64,000 nucleotides of DNA. Source: a virus. Lineage: Duplodnaviria > Caudoviricetes. Where the stretch lies: IMG/VR virus record IMGVR_UViG_3300033074_000711, positions 1 to 64,000 of that record, one strand, 5' to 3'. Below the pieces are notes generated by a model. That model was not told the origin of the DNA, made no database searches, and was given only the letters and a program-made list of their open reading frames with translations. This document shows positions 9,735-19,550 of this stretch, piece by piece (position 1 is the stretch's first letter; the number at the start of each line of letters is the position of its first letter). Position numbers and translations under genes: made by a program.

Positions 9735-10136
9735 TTAATCTTCTTCAACATCAAAAAATTTTACAAACCAATCAACAAAGTCATCATTTAAAATAATCCA
9801 TTCAGGCCAGCTTTCTTCATCATATATAAAATTAACACATTCTTTATCTATTATTAATGTTAATTGTAATCCAGTGTACCATTTTTCTCTATAATCAAAA
9901 ATAATGGTCACAGAATGTTCAGGTTTTTCTATAACAACAGCACGATGAAACAATCTACCACCATCTGGATTATTTGGTGAATAATGACCAACCACATCAT
10001 CATTTGATTTAAAAACTATTTTATTGTTTTTTAATTCAAATAAACTGTTGTTAATACTATTTGATATAATATCTGATGTTGTTATATTAAAAAATTCAAT
10101 AACTTCTTTTGCTGATTTGAAATCATGTATATTCAT
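9735..10136 (-). CDS. hypothetical protein
   Basis: 133 aa, GAGGT RBS. Confidence 0.7.
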   Translation of the reverse strand: MNIHDFKSAKEVIEFFNITTSDIISNSINNSLFELKNNKIVFKSNDDVVGHYSPNNPDGGRLFHRAVVIEKPEHSVTIIFDYREKWYTGLQLTLIIDKECVNFIYDEESWPEWIILNDDFVDWFVKFFDVEED

Positions 10137-10149
10137 TATAACCTCATTT

Positions 10150-10422
10150 TTAATTAATTTGCTTCATTTCTACAATTTCATAAATATTAACGATTCCTCG
10201 TTTTCTGGATTCGCATTCAACAATATATGTTGTATTTTCTTTCACTTCAACTTCATGACTATACGGATAAAAACATTTTCCATCTATACCATGTGCTTCA
10301 ATAAAAATTTTTTTGGAACTTTTAATAACATCAACATTAAATGTTTCAAATTCTCCTTCTTCTTTGTATATAATTTCATTTTTAGTTTCTTCGTAAGATT
10401 TAATTTTAACTATGATTGTCAT
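10150..10422 (-). CDS. hypothetical protein
   Basis: 90 aa, GAGGT RBS. Confidence 0.7.
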   Translation of the reverse strand: MTIIVKIKSYEETKNEIIYKEEGEFETFNVDVIKSSKKIFIEAHGIDGKCFYPYSHEVEVKENTTYIVECESRKRGIVNIYEIVEMKQIN

Positions 10423-10447
10423 AATAACCTCTTTGTTTTATTATTTG

Positions 10448-10819
10448 TTATTTAAAAAATGATTCGCAAATTCTTTTCCAAGTCCTATATGATTTATAAG
10501 ATTTTTTAAATCTATCTAATTCATCACCTTCAATCTTACGATGTTTAAAATATTTCCTAGCACCTCGTATTGTATAATCAAATCCTTTTTCAACAACTGC
10601 ACACACCTTATCCTTGCAGTATAGTGTAAAAGTTTTATCAAAACTTTTTATTTTAATTTCTATAGCGTTTGAATCGTTATAGTAACCTAATAATCTTTTA
10701 ATAGATTCCTCAAATCTTAAGTTATTTTTAAAATCTATTACTATATTTCTATCTGTGTTTAAAACAGATAATTTTTTTGTTTCTAAATTAACATCACATA
10801 TTAATAAAACTTCTTCCAT
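10448..10819 (-). CDS. hypothetical early protein
   Basis: After promoter copy 5. Confidence 0.7.
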   Translation of the reverse strand: MEEVLLICDVNLETKKLSVLNTDRNIVIDFKNNLRFEESIKRLLGYYNDSNAIEIKIKSFDKTFTLYCKDKVCAVVEKGFDYTIRGARKYFKHRKIEGDELDRFKKSYKSYRTWKRICESFFK

Positions 10820-10905
10820 TTTGTAACCTCTTGTTTTAATAATTAATTTAATTTACAATACTAATATAATAAATTATTTTACAAAAGTAAATAGTTAATT
10901 AAAAT
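10820..10905 (-). promoter_or_regulatory. early promoter/RBS repeat copy 5
   Basis: -35 at 10886-10891. Confidence 0.8.
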
Positions 10906-10907
10906 AT

Positions 10908-11225
10908 TTACCAAGAATTATAAATATAAATATCTTTATCATTACTTTCATCAAAATTTGAAATTGATTTAAAATCCTTTATAATATCTTCACATTCTGT
11001 TTTATTGACTAATACTTTCAATATATAAAAAGTATCATCATAACTTTTTTCGCTAATTTGTTTTTTTAAGTTTTTTATAAAATTTTTAACATGTTTTCCT
11101 GTTATTAAATACGTTCTTTCATCAATATGTTCACCTACTGCTGAAAAATATTCATCAATTAAATGATTATTTCTCCAGCTTAATGCTTCTTTTTCATTTT
11201 TATATAAAACTGAATTTAAACTCAT
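10908..11225 (-). CDS. hypothetical protein
   Basis: WRNNHLIDEYF...YNSW; GAGGT RBS. Confidence 0.7.
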   Translation of the reverse strand: MSLNSVLYKNEKEALSWRNNHLIDEYFSAVGEHIDERTYLITGKHVKNFIKNLKKQISEKSYDDTFYILKVLVNKTECEDIIKDFKSISNFDESNDKDIYIYNSW

Positions 11226-11240
11226 AATATAACCTCTCTA

Positions 11241-11612
11241 TTAATATTCTGATTTTAACATTATTACATTATCAATACACCATACCTCATATTCATCTAG
11301 TGGAAAATCTGTAAATTGTATATTTTTAGTTTTAAATGTGTATCCATTTCCATCAGTTATGGTTATTTTGGCTGATGAGTTATTTTTTCTTTTGCTCTTA
11401 CTTAATGTAATTGAGTAAAAATCACTACAACGTTTTCTATTTAATTCTGTAATTGCTATATTAATTTCATTAATAAACCAATTACATTGGCACTCTTCAG
11501 CCAATCTTACAACACCATCTGTACAAACTAATCTACTAAATGGTAATTTGTAGTAATTTTCAGTTCCATAATATTCGTTTAATATACTGTTAATTTCTTC
11601 TGGTGTTTTCAT
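11241..11612 (-). CDS. DUF6876-like protein
   Basis: YGTENYY, TDGV..LAE...C.W, FTDFPL, MLKSEY motifs recognised from memory. Confidence 0.65.
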   Translation of the reverse strand: MKTPEEINSILNEYYGTENYYKLPFSRLVCTDGVVRLAEECQCNWFINEINIAITELNRKRCSDFYSITLSKSKRKNNSSAKITITDGNGYTFKTKNIQFTDFPLDEYEVWCIDNVIMLKSEY

Positions 11613-11690
11613 TTTGTAACCTCTTATAATTTAATTTACAATACTAATATAATAAATTATTTTACAAAAGTAAATAGTTATGATAAAAAT
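11613..11690 (-). promoter_or_regulatory. early promoter/RBS repeat copy 6
   Basis: -35 at 11669-11674. Confidence 0.8.
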
Positions 11691-11699
11691 TTTTAAAAT

Positions 11700-12482
11700 T
11701 TATATAGAATTAATTAATTCTAATTCTTTTTTTAATTTTTCTGCTTCAAATAATTTTCTTTTTATGTCTGAATTTATTGATTCCATTTGCTTTTGTTTAT
11801 ATTTTTGCAATTTTTCTTCATCTAATTTTAAATTATATTCTTCTGCCAATTTAATAATAAAATTACTAATATTTGCATCTAATATTAATTCCTGTAGTTT
11901 TTCTTTAGCTTCTTTTTTATTAGTAAAAAAATAAACTTGACTATAACCACCACTACCATCATTATATGAATTAATTTTATATGTTAAATCACCTTCACTA
12001 TCACCAAAAAGTGATATTAATTTTATATTACCAAAATGGTCTTTAAAATTAAAAAATTCAATAAAATCATATATACCAGCATTTGTACAATCAAAAATAA
12101 CAACATATTTTATTTTACCTGTTAAAAAATTAATCAGTGTTTCAAGTTTATTTGATGTAATTTTCTTTAATATTGATTGATAATTTTCTAAAATTTCACT
12201 TAATGTGCTTGTTTCATTATCAATCTTTTTTCTATAAAATTCATTTTTATCCTTTAGAATATTTATTCTTTTATCTAAATCTTCCTCTAAATTTTTAAGT
12301 GTTTTTTCTTTATAAGTCATCGGCTTTTCGTTAAAAACCTCACTAACTATAAATTTTTCACCGCTTGGAAATTCGTTTCCATCTGCTTCATAAATTTCTT
12401 GCACGATAATATCTTTTGAATTTATTTTTTCTATTACTATAACTTTTTTTAAATCTCTAGTATATCCTATTATATTTTCCAT
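11700..12482 (-). CDS. phage hypothetical protein (coiled coil)
   Basis: 260 aa; LISLFGDSEGDL.YKIN.Y.DGSG motif. Confidence 0.7.
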   Translation of the reverse strand: MENIIGYTRDLKKVIVIEKINSKDIIVQEIYEADGNEFPSGEKFIVSEVFNEKPMTYKEKTLKNLEEDLDKRINILKDKNEFYRKKIDNETSTLSEILENYQSILKKITSNKLETLINFLTGKIKYVVIFDCTNAGIYDFIEFFNFKDHFGNIKLISLFGDSEGDLTYKINSYNDGSGGYSQVYFFTNKKEAKEKLQELILDANISNFIIKLAEEYNLKLDEEKLQKYKQKQMESINSDIKRKLFEAEKLKKELELINSI

Positions 12483-12506
12483 TTTTATTGCTCTCTTTTT
12501 TTAATA

Positions 12507-12758
12507 TCATAACAAGTTGTTTTGTTCCTTATATAAAATTTTTTTATTATGTTGATTTTTTAATTGTTCTATTAAATTAATTATGTATTTTGCTATTCCA
12601 TAATCTGGTGTGACATTGTAATATCTTTGTATATTATAAACAGTAAAAAGATTTAATAATTCATTTTCTAATAATTCTAATTTATTTTTAGGTTCATTTT
12701 GATATTTGATTTCTGCAATTTTAATTTTCTTAATCACATTTTTTATTAATTTTTCCAT
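12507..12758 (-). CDS. hypothetical protein
   Basis: 83 aa; TPDYGIAKY motif. Confidence 0.65.
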   Translation of the reverse strand: MEKLIKNVIKKIKIAEIKYQNEPKNKLELLENELLNLFTVYNIQRYYNVTPDYGIAKYIINLIEQLKNQHNKKILYKEQNNLL

Positions 12759-12770
12759 TTTATTCCATTA

Positions 12771-13232
12771 TTAAATTTTATTTGTTAATTTTATTTTCTT
12801 TTCGTATTTTTCGCAAGCTTCATTATAAAATTGATAATAAAGCTTTTCAAAATCACTATTAATTACTTTTTCATTATTGTCAAATTGAATATCACAAACA
12901 CAAATTGGGATTACTGGGTCAGCATGAGAGATAAATAAATGGCCTAACAGAAAAACTTTATCACAAGAATTATAATTTAAATTAAATTCGATATACATTT
13001 TTTGTTTTTCATCTTCATTTTTTAACATAAAATAAACACCACTGCTATCATCTTGCATTAGGTTATCTTCAACAAAAAATTCTGATTCAAAATATCCAAA
13101 ATCTGTAATGCTAAAATTAGCAATATTGATTCCTGGATAATAATACCCACACATTCCAGTTATTGCTAATTTGATTAATTGTTCTTCTGTTAAATAATGT
13201 ATTGGTTCTGTTGGCTTATTTACATATTTCAT
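12771..13232 (-). CDS. hypothetical protein
   Basis: 153 aa; I..LTEEQLI shared with 13234-13707. Confidence 0.65.
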   Translation of the reverse strand: MKYVNKPTEPIHYLTEEQLIKLAITGMCGYYYPGINIANFSITDFGYFESEFFVEDNLMQDDSSGVYFMLKNEDEKQKMYIEFNLNYNSCDKVFLLGHLFISHADPVIPICVCDIQFDNNEKVINSDFEKLYYQFYNEACEKYEKKIKLTNKI

Positions 13233-13233
13233 T

Positions 13234-13707
13234 TTATTCCTCTTTTGGTTTGCTTAACATTTCTCTAATTCTATCAGAGTATTTAGTTATATTTCGCATA
13301 GCTATTGATTGTCCAAATAGTTCTATTTCTATACCTAAATCAACATCTAAACTGATATAATATGGTAATTCTTCTTTTCGATTATTTTGATTAAACCAAT
13401 ATTGAGTATAACAAAAGAATATATGTTCTATATTAATCTGCATTTGATTAATAGTTGATGTTGTGCAATATTCTTGTGATATAATTATTCCACATAATTC
13501 GATTAATTCTTCTTCAGTTAAATCAAATATAGTTCGTTTCGGTTCGCTATCTTCAAGAACCCAATCAAGCATTTTAACTATCCTTTTGTTTTCTTCTATT
13601 GCAATTTTAGTCTGTTTGCTTTTGTTGTCGCTGGTGATTTTACTTCCTGATGTAACTATTTCTTTGTAAAGATTTCGCATATTTTTTATTTCTTGCTCTG
13701 ATTTCAT
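13234..13707 (-). CDS. hypothetical two-domain protein
   Basis: N-terminal MKS..EI...LDWVL domain plus a C-terminal domain shared with neighbours. Confidence 0.7.
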   Translation of the reverse strand: MKSEQEIKNMRNLYKEIVTSGSKITSDNKSKQTKIAIEENKRIVKMLDWVLEDSEPKRTIFDLTEEELIELCGIIISQEYCTTSTINQMQINIEHIFFCYTQYWFNQNNRKEELPYYISLDVDLGIEIELFGQSIAMRNITKYSDRIREMLSKPKEE

Positions 13708-13720
13708 TTTATTTCTCTAA

Positions 13721-14146
13721 TTAAATAAAATCTCTTTCTATTTCTTCACCAAATACTTCTACTAAATATTCATGAGCATAATAACCATTATGTTCATTAA
13801 ATATATTCATTATTATTTTGCTTTTATTATTAAAGTATATTTCTATAACAATAATATCATTTAAAGAGTTAAATATAATTTTATCTATATGCTGATTTTC
13901 ATAGTATTGTAATTTTTTTTCATAATAATCACTACCATAATCACAAATTATATTATCTGGAGTAAATTCAAGTTCATAACCCCAGTTTTCACAGCACTGC
14001 TGACTATTATCAATGCCTATTTTAATTTCACCTTTATTAGTATTAATAATTAAACCATCATATGTGCTACCATAATCCTTATTATTATCATAAAAATAAT
14101 AATTTGTTATCATATTTATTGTTGCATTAACATCTATTTCTTTCAT
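13721..14146 (-). CDS. conserved phage protein (CCE / HNGYY motif family)
   Basis: QQCCENWG and NEHNGYYAH. Confidence 0.7.
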   Translation of the reverse strand: MKEIDVNATINMITNYYFYDNNKDYGSTYDGLIINTNKGEIKIGIDNSQQCCENWGYELEFTPDNIICDYGSDYYEKKLQYYENQHIDKIIFNSLNDIIVIEIYFNNKSKIIMNIFNEHNGYYAHEYLVEVFGEEIERDFI

Positions 14147-14466
14147 TTTACCATCTTTTTATTAATTATAGAATTTATATATTTTCTTATTTTTGTTTGG
14201 TTATGGATATGCATTGGGTCATTATTACTATTTTCTAAAAACACATCATAATTATCATCAATAAAAAGCGTAAAAAGTGTTTTATAGTCATCATCATTAA
14301 ATTCAACACCGATACCATAAGGTACTTTAAACATTATTCCATTTCGATAGGTATAACAATCCAAGCAAAATTTATGTTTTTTGTATCTATAATTAGTTAC
14401 ATACGATTTTTGAAAAGTTAAAATCATTATATGTTTTAATTCTCCATATGTAAAATGTATATTCAT
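14143..14466 (-). CDS. hypothetical protein
   Basis: 107 aa, GAGG RBS. Confidence 0.65.
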   Translation of the reverse strand: MNIHFTYGELKHIMILTFQKSYVTNYRYKKHKFCLDCYTYRNGIMFKVPYGIGVEFNDDDYKTLFTLFIDDNYDVFLENSNNDPMHIHNQTKIRKYINSIINKKMVK

Positions 14467-14559
14467 TTTTATCCTCTATGTTATTTATTTTAAATATTTT
14501 TGTAGAACATGAACATTTGTGTACTTCTAATTCTATTTTCATTATTTTCTTCTTCTAAT

Positions 14560-14745
14560 TTATTCTTTAATTGTTCTGTCAACATATGACAAGACTTGAT
14601 ATAAATCATTATATATACATTTTGTAGCATTATCAAACGTCAAAACAGCATGAACTAATGGGAAAGTTGGTTTGTCAGTATCTTTATGCTGATACCATGC
14701 TGACATCAATATCGGAAAGTGGTTGTAACCATACAATATACTCAT
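14560..14745 (-). CDS. hypothetical protein
   Basis: 61 aa, GAGGT RBS. Confidence 0.55.
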   Translation of the reverse strand: MSILYGYNHFPILMSAWYQHKDTDKPTFPLVHAVLTFDNATKCIYNDLYQVLSYVDRTIKE

Positions 14746-14756
14746 ATTATTTACCT

Positions 14757-15026
14757 CTATAATTCACACTCAAGTTTAAAAAATATTTTTACATTATCTT
14801 CATATGTTAACACAATTTCATCAACATTTATTTTATATATTTTTAATATATTTTTTACAGAATCAAAATCATTAAAAGATATCTTTGATTCTTTTTTAAC
14901 TTCCATTATTGCTAATAATAAAAGTTTCACATTTGAATAAGTACCAATTGATTTTACTTCAACTGATGTGTTAATTTCATTAAAAATGTTATGTATGATA
15001 CTTATTATTTCTGTTTCATTTCTCAT
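14757..15026 (-). CDS. hypothetical early protein
   Basis: After promoter copy 7. Confidence 0.65.
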   Translation of the reverse strand: MRNETEIISIIHNIFNEINTSVEVKSIGTYSNVKLLLLAIMEVKKESKISFNDFDSVKNILKIYKINVDEIVLTYEDNVKIFFKLECEL

Positions 15027-15090
15027 GGTAACCTCTTAATTAATTTACAATATAAATATAATACATTTTTTATAAAAAGTAAATACTTAA
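15027..15090 (-). promoter_or_regulatory. early promoter/RBS repeat copy 7
   Basis: -35 at 15078-15083. Confidence 0.75.
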
Positions 15091-15314
15091 TTTAACTTTT
15101 CATAAATTTTATCTAAATCTTCTTTTAATATTTTAATACAAATTTCTTTAACAAAATTTTCTGTAACTTCTTGTGATTCAGGGAACTTTAATGTATAAAC
15201 AACATCTAAAATTTTAATGATAACTTCTTTAGATAAATTTTTACTTGAAAATTCTATTAAATTATAATTATTTATTTTTAAAGTATTTTTTTGATTTTTA
15301 TCTTTTTTCCACAT
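15087..15314 (-). CDS. hypothetical protein
   Basis: 75 aa, coupled to upstream stop. Confidence 0.6.
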   Translation of the reverse strand: MWKKDKNQKNTLKINNYNLIEFSSKNLSKEVIIKILDVVYTLKFPESQEVTENFVKEICIKILKEDLDKIYEKLN

Positions 15315-15667
15315 TACATAGCCATTTTATTATTTAAATAAAAATATAGTTTTTTACAATTTTTAATCGGTGTTAAAATATATTCACCTTTCACACTATC
15401 AAATCTCTTTAATTCTATATCTAAATTTTCATAAATTTTTAACACATATCTATTACTATATTCAATGTTATTGTTAATATAATAAACGTAAATACCAAAA
15501 CTATTTTTCTTAACATCTATTATATTTATACTATTTGAAAAATTACTCGGTTGTATAATATTAATAATATTTTCTATTATTGAATTATTTATATCATAAA
15601 CATTTTTAATTTTTGTTTCTTTTATAGTAAAATCTTCATCAAATGTGCTACCAAATATCGCTGACAT
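15314..15667 (-). CDS. hypothetical protein
   Basis: 117 aa, GAGGT RBS. Confidence 0.65.
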   Translation of the reverse strand: MSAIFGSTFDEDFTIKETKIKNVYDINNSIIENIINIIQPSNFSNSINIIDVKKNSFGIYVYYINNNIEYSNRYVLKIYENLDIELKRFDSVKGEYILTPIKNCKKLYFYLNNKMAM

Positions 15668-15675
15668 AATTTACC

Positions 15676-15819
15676 TCACATTTTTTCTTCAATTACCCAT
15701 TTTAATATTGTTATTTTACCCAAAATAAGACACTGTTCTTCAAAAGAGATATTTTTATTTGTTTTTAATTCATTTTCCAATGATGATATTTTAGTTAAAA
15801 TTTGTTCATAATTTTTCAT
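15676..15819 (-). CDS. small protein, 47 aa (MKNYEQILTK...ITILKWVIEEKM)
   Basis: Hand-translated; ATGA overlap; carries the LxWV(I/L) family motif. Confidence 0.65.
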   Translation of the reverse strand: MKNYEQILTKISSLENELKTNKNISFEEQCLILGKITILKWVIEEKM

Positions 15820-16334
15820 AATATATCCTTAATATCACTTTTTATTTTTTCATTCATTATAATAAATTGTTCACAATATATAAAATAATCTGTTGTTATA
15901 TTAACTAAATCAATAGGTATTAAAACTGGCTCCATTTTTTCTATGTATTCATTTTTTATATTTTCTTTGTTATAAAATAAAGAATATCCGCAATTTATAT
16001 CAAACACATTGGAGTGTTGTATATATTTTATAGTTTCATTGCTATTATAATTTTTGCCATTTTCATCAAATAAACTAATATTTGGATGATTTCTAAATCT
16101 TTTTTGGTCTATAAAAACTTTAGAAATCATTCCAATATCATGTTTATAAAATTTTATAAAATCAATTTCTTTTTTATTCACATAACCTATAAAATAATAT
16201 TCATGCTTTATTTTTACACATTTTATATTATTATTTATATTTGTTGTATTAAATATTAATGGTGATTCAATATCATGTTGATTTTTTGGTGATAACAAAA
16301 GTTTAATAAAATCAAGACAACCTTCATTAAACAT
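15816..16334 (-). CDS. hypothetical protein
   Basis: 172 aa, GGAG RBS. Confidence 0.65.
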   Translation of the reverse strand: MFNEGCLDFIKLLLSPKNQHDIESPLIFNTTNINNNIKCVKIKHEYYFIGYVNKKEIDFIKFYKHDIGMISKVFIDQKRFRNHPNISLFDENGKNYNSNETIKYIQHSNVFDINCGYSLFYNKENIKNEYIEKMEPVLIPIDLVNITTDYFIYCEQFIIMNEKIKSDIKDIL

Positions 16335-16351
16335 ACTAACTCCAATTTTAA

Positions 16352-16666
16352 TTATTTAACAAATCCAGGCACAGATACTATATGACCTTCAGAATTCCTA
16401 ACACAATCCTTGTGACCTGTTGCAGGTGCAACTAAATCATCTCTTCCTATTAACTTACCAGCAGATAATACTAATGCTGATACTATATATACCACGCCTT
16501 CTGTTTTAGGTGGTAAATTAATAATATCACCAAATGTTTGTAAACAAATGTTATTTTCATCAAATTCAGTAAACGAACTACTAACTCTAGCGATTGTATT
16601 ATTTGTTTTAATAACTTCACCGTTGTTTAGTTTAATATCGTGTGGAGTGCAGTTTAATAATAACAT
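16352..16666 (-). CDS. conserved phage/archaeal-virus-type hypothetical protein
   Basis: NCTPHDI...LP....GV.YIVS...R.DLVAP motifs. Confidence 0.75.
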   Translation of the reverse strand: MLLLNCTPHDIKLNNGEVIKTNNTIARVSSSFTEFDENNICLQTFGDIINLPPKTEGVVYIVSALVLSAGKLIGRDDLVAPATGHKDCVRNSEGHIVSVPGFVK

Positions 16667-16737
16667 AATAACCTCTTATATTTAATTTAATTTACAATAC
16701 TAATATAATATATTTTTTATAAAAAGTAAATAGTTAA
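16667..16737 (-). promoter_or_regulatory. early promoter/RBS repeat copy 8
   Basis: -35 at 16725-16730. Confidence 0.8.
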
Positions 16738-16903
16738 TTTAATTTTTCATAAATTTTATTTTAATATTACTTGCAATTGTATAATATTCTTTTATTTACT
16801 TAACATTTCTTCAGATTCTTTTATTTTTGCTTTAATAATTTCTATATCATCACCATCATAAAAATCATCAGGATCATCAAAAATATATCGTGGTATAAAT
16901 CAC

Positions 16904-17116
16904 CTAATTATATCTGTATAAAATTTTTTTCAAATTAAATAAAAACATTTTAAATTTATTTTCTTTTTTAAAATTGGATTTTTCTATAACCCAATTTAAT
17001 GCATCAATTGCACCATTTGAATAATTTATAGCATCTACATCACCAATCATAGATGCCATATCACACTTCATAAGCCATCGCTTTTTAGCAAATTCTATTT
17101 CATATTTAGTTTTCAT
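16904..17116 (-). CDS. hypothetical protein (LxWVI family)
   Basis: MKTKYEI...IDALNWVIE. Confidence 0.65.
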   Translation of the reverse strand: MKTKYEIEFAKKRWLMKCDMASMIGDVDAINYSNGAIDALNWVIEKSNFKKENKFKMFLFNLKKILYRYN

Positions 17117-17316
17117 TTTTTATCCAAATATATTTGATAACTACATTTAACACAAGTAAAAATTGCAAACTTTATATTTTTACTAATTTTTAATACAATT
17201 TCATTTTTATTATTATAAATTTTTTCACAACAACTACATTTTTTATATTTCAATATCACTCCATAAAAATTATAATAAAAATACTTCACCACCATCATCA
17301 TGATATTTACGTTCAT
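17113..17316 (-). CDS. small Zn-finger-like protein
   Basis: CSCC...CVKC; start uncertain. Confidence 0.5.
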   Translation of the reverse strand: MNVNIMMMVVKYFYYNFYGVILKYKKCSCCEKIYNNKNEIVLKISKNIKFAIFTCVKCSYQIYLDKK

Positions 17317-17593
17317 TATATAATGATGAACTTAATTTTTCATTTTCTGTTTCTAAATCATTTATTGTTTTTTTATTTTGTGTAATATGTTCACTTATTA
17401 GAAAAACAACAGCTTCATCAATTGTATTAAACGTCTTTTTTTCTTGATTTTTATATGACCATGTCATAAACTTACCGTCATTTTCATCATCTTCTGCTAC
17501 AGAATATTTTAACCTAACACCATTAACATATACAGTGTTTGCTGTTACTTCGTTATATAAATAATATGGTCTTAATACTACTACGTTAATCAT
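17270..17593 (-). CDS. hypothetical early protein
   Basis: After promoter copy 9. Confidence 0.7.
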   Translation of the reverse strand: MINVVVLRPYYLYNEVTANTVYVNGVRLKYSVAEDDENDGKFMTWSYKNQEKKTFNTIDEAVVFLISEHITQNKKTINDLETENEKLSSSLYNERKYHDDGGEVFLL

Positions 17594-17680
17594 TGTAACC
17601 TCTTGTATTTAATAATTAATTTAATTTACAATACTAATATAATACATTTTTTATAAAAAGTAAATAGTTAGTGAAAAATA
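17594..17680 (-). promoter_or_regulatory. early promoter/RBS repeat copy 9
   Basis: -35 at 17659-17664. Confidence 0.8.
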
Positions 17681-17760
17681 ATATAAAATATTATTAAATA
17701 AACAAATATTGTTAACGCCAATCCAGATAAAAATCCAGAATCATTACTATCATAATTCAT
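17668..17760 (-). CDS. small membrane peptide, 30 aa (MNYDSNDSGFLSGLALTIFVYLIIFYIIFH)
   Basis: Hand-translated; start overlaps the end of the HAD gene. Confidence 0.45.
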   Translation of the reverse strand: MNYDSNDSGFLSGLALTIFVYLIIFYIIFH

Positions 17761-18256
17761 TATGTTTTCTCAAATTTGTTGTCATTAATGTTTGTAACTC
17801 TTCATTAAGAGAGTCTTTTTCTAATATAATTTTACAAATGTTTTCAAAGTCATCATATGTTATACCAAAATTACTATCTATTTTAACAAAATTATATTTT
17901 TGACTTTCCAACATATCGGAATCATCATCTATAATACAATAATTTTTAATATCTTTATGTGAATCTAACCACTGTTGAATTTCTTCACCCCTTTTACACA
18001 CGCTTATATAACCTGTTCTCCAATCTTTATGAAAATGTTCTTGCTTAAATCCATTTTTATAAAATATTTCTATACAATTTGTGTCAAAACGCCAAGTTGA
18101 TGATACTACTAATTTTACATTTTCTTTTTCGTTTAAAATTAATTGTATCAATCTACATCCAATTGGGTCAAAAATGTTTTCATCACCGCTTGCTAAAACT
18201 GAACGCAATGTATTTAGCACACCATCAACATCTATAAAAATAATAGTATCATTCAT
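17750..18256 (-). CDS. HAD-family phosphatase, Swiss-Army-Knife RNA-repair type (HAD_SAK_2-like)
   Basis: FIDVDGVLN (motif I), VVSSTWR, RGEEIQQWL, YCIIDDDSDM. Confidence 0.85.
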   Translation of the reverse strand: MNDTIIFIDVDGVLNTLRSVLASGDENIFDPIGCRLIQLILNEKENVKLVVSSTWRFDTNCIEIFYKNGFKQEHFHKDWRTGYISVCKRGEEIQQWLDSHKDIKNYCIIDDDSDMLESQKYNFVKIDSNFGITYDDFENICKIILEKDSLNEELQTLMTTNLRKHNEL

Positions 18257-18467
18257 ATATTTTTAAAGTTATTGAAAAATATGGTAAATCTGTTATATCA
18301 CACGTATAAATATTAATCTCAAAATGTCTAGAAATTTGAGTTATCATTAACGTTAACGCTGAATCTATTTTAGAATAATATTTTACTCTAAACGTATTTC
18401 TATCAATTTGTTCATAATTACCGAACAAATCCTTTAATATTAATAATTTATTTTCCATTTGTGTCAT
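18249..18467 (-). CDS. hypothetical protein
   Basis: 72-aa ORF. Confidence 0.6.
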   Translation of the reverse strand: MTQMENKLLILKDLFGNYEQIDRNTFRVKYYSKIDSALTLMITQISRHFEINIYTCDITDLPYFSITLKIYE

Positions 18468-18474
18468 TTTATTC

Positions 18475-18999
18475 CTACAAATAATTATTATTTACTTCGT
18501 TTTTAATTTTATTATAAATTAATGTAACTTCTGTATTTTTTTTAGTTACATTAATACTTTTATTTTTTAACACTACATCTTTTCTATATTTTTTAACAGT
18601 TGATGTAACATTTTTTAACAAGGATTCTTCTAATTCATTTTTTCTTACGATTTTAACTTCAAAATTATCTTTATTTTCTTGTAATTTTATTTCATTAAAT
18701 TTGAAATATCTTAATGAATCTAATAAAATTACTAAATTTTCATGGCTTCTAAAATTGGTTTCTATATAATCTATAAAATTCTTAAATTCTACTTCACCAT
18801 TTAATTTAACATTAACTGTTCTAACACCTCTTTTGTAACAAAAGGTGTTTATGCAATATTTTATTGATATTTCATCATTTTTTATTAACTCTGTTTTAGT
18901 AACATACAAATCTATACCAAATGGTACGTGAGTCATTTGATATAAAAATTCTTCTTTTTTTGTTACTACTTCTTTCTGGAGTCTTTGTACTTTTAACAT
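18475..18999 (-). CDS. hypothetical early protein
   Basis: After promoter copy 10. Confidence 0.7.
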   Translation of the reverse strand: MLKVQRLQKEVVTKKEEFLYQMTHVPFGIDLYVTKTELIKNDEISIKYCINTFCYKRGVRTVNVKLNGEVEFKNFIDYIETNFRSHENLVILLDSLRYFKFNEIKLQENKDNFEVKIVRKNELEESLLKNVTSTVKKYRKDVVLKNKSINVTKKNTEVTLIYNKIKNEVNNNYL

Positions 19000-19065
19000 T
19001 GCATAACCTATTTTAATTTACATATATAATATAATAAATTATTTATAAAAAGTAAATAGTTAGCT
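19000..19065 (-). promoter_or_regulatory. early promoter repeat copy 10
   Basis: -35 at 19051-19056. Confidence 0.75.
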
Positions 19066-19089
19066 AAAATATTTTAAAACGTTTTTTAA

Positions 19090-19458
19090 TTAATATTTTA
19101 TTATCATTGAACCAAATGGTATATATGCACAATCATAATCGTTTTGTTCTAACAGTTTTAGCATTTTTTTAGAACCTATTTCATTATATGAATGTATTAT
19201 AATAAATTCAGCAGTAATTTTATTTTCACAAATATATTTAGCAACCTCATATCCACTTTTCTCGTCAGATGATGCATATGGAACACCTAATAAATCATGG
19301 TCTAATGATATATAATCATATTTATGATTTTTTAATAAAAATTTAGCTTGTTCGGCATTAAAGCAGAAATCTACCTCAAAATCTATGTAATATTTTGAAG
19401 CATATTCTGCTCTATTAACATCATCATCTAAAAATAATAAAGTTTTTTTATTTGTCAT
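19090..19458 (-). CDS. cyclic-phosphate-processing receiver-domain protein (cREC-like)
   Basis: LFLDDD..R, ISLDHDL, SGYEVAK, IIHSYN.IG motifs. Confidence 0.8.
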   Translation of the reverse strand: MTNKKTLLFLDDDVNRAEYASKYYIDFEVDFCFNAEQAKFLLKNHKYDYISLDHDLLGVPYASSDEKSGYEVAKYICENKITAEFIIIHSYNEIGSKKMLKLLEQNDYDCAYIPFGSMIIKY

Positions 19459-19531
19459 ATTTTTTATATCCAGTATATATTTTATATCCTAAATATAAGG
19501 AACTAATTAATATAAAAATATAAATAAACAT
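19448..19531 (-). CDS. small membrane peptide, 27 aa (MFIYIFILISSLYLGYKIYTGYKKYDK)
   Basis: Hand-translated; AGGAG RBS. Confidence 0.55.
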   Translation of the reverse strand: MFIYIFILISSLYLGYKIYTGYKKYDK

Positions 19532-19550
19532 ATTTTACTCCTATTTATTG

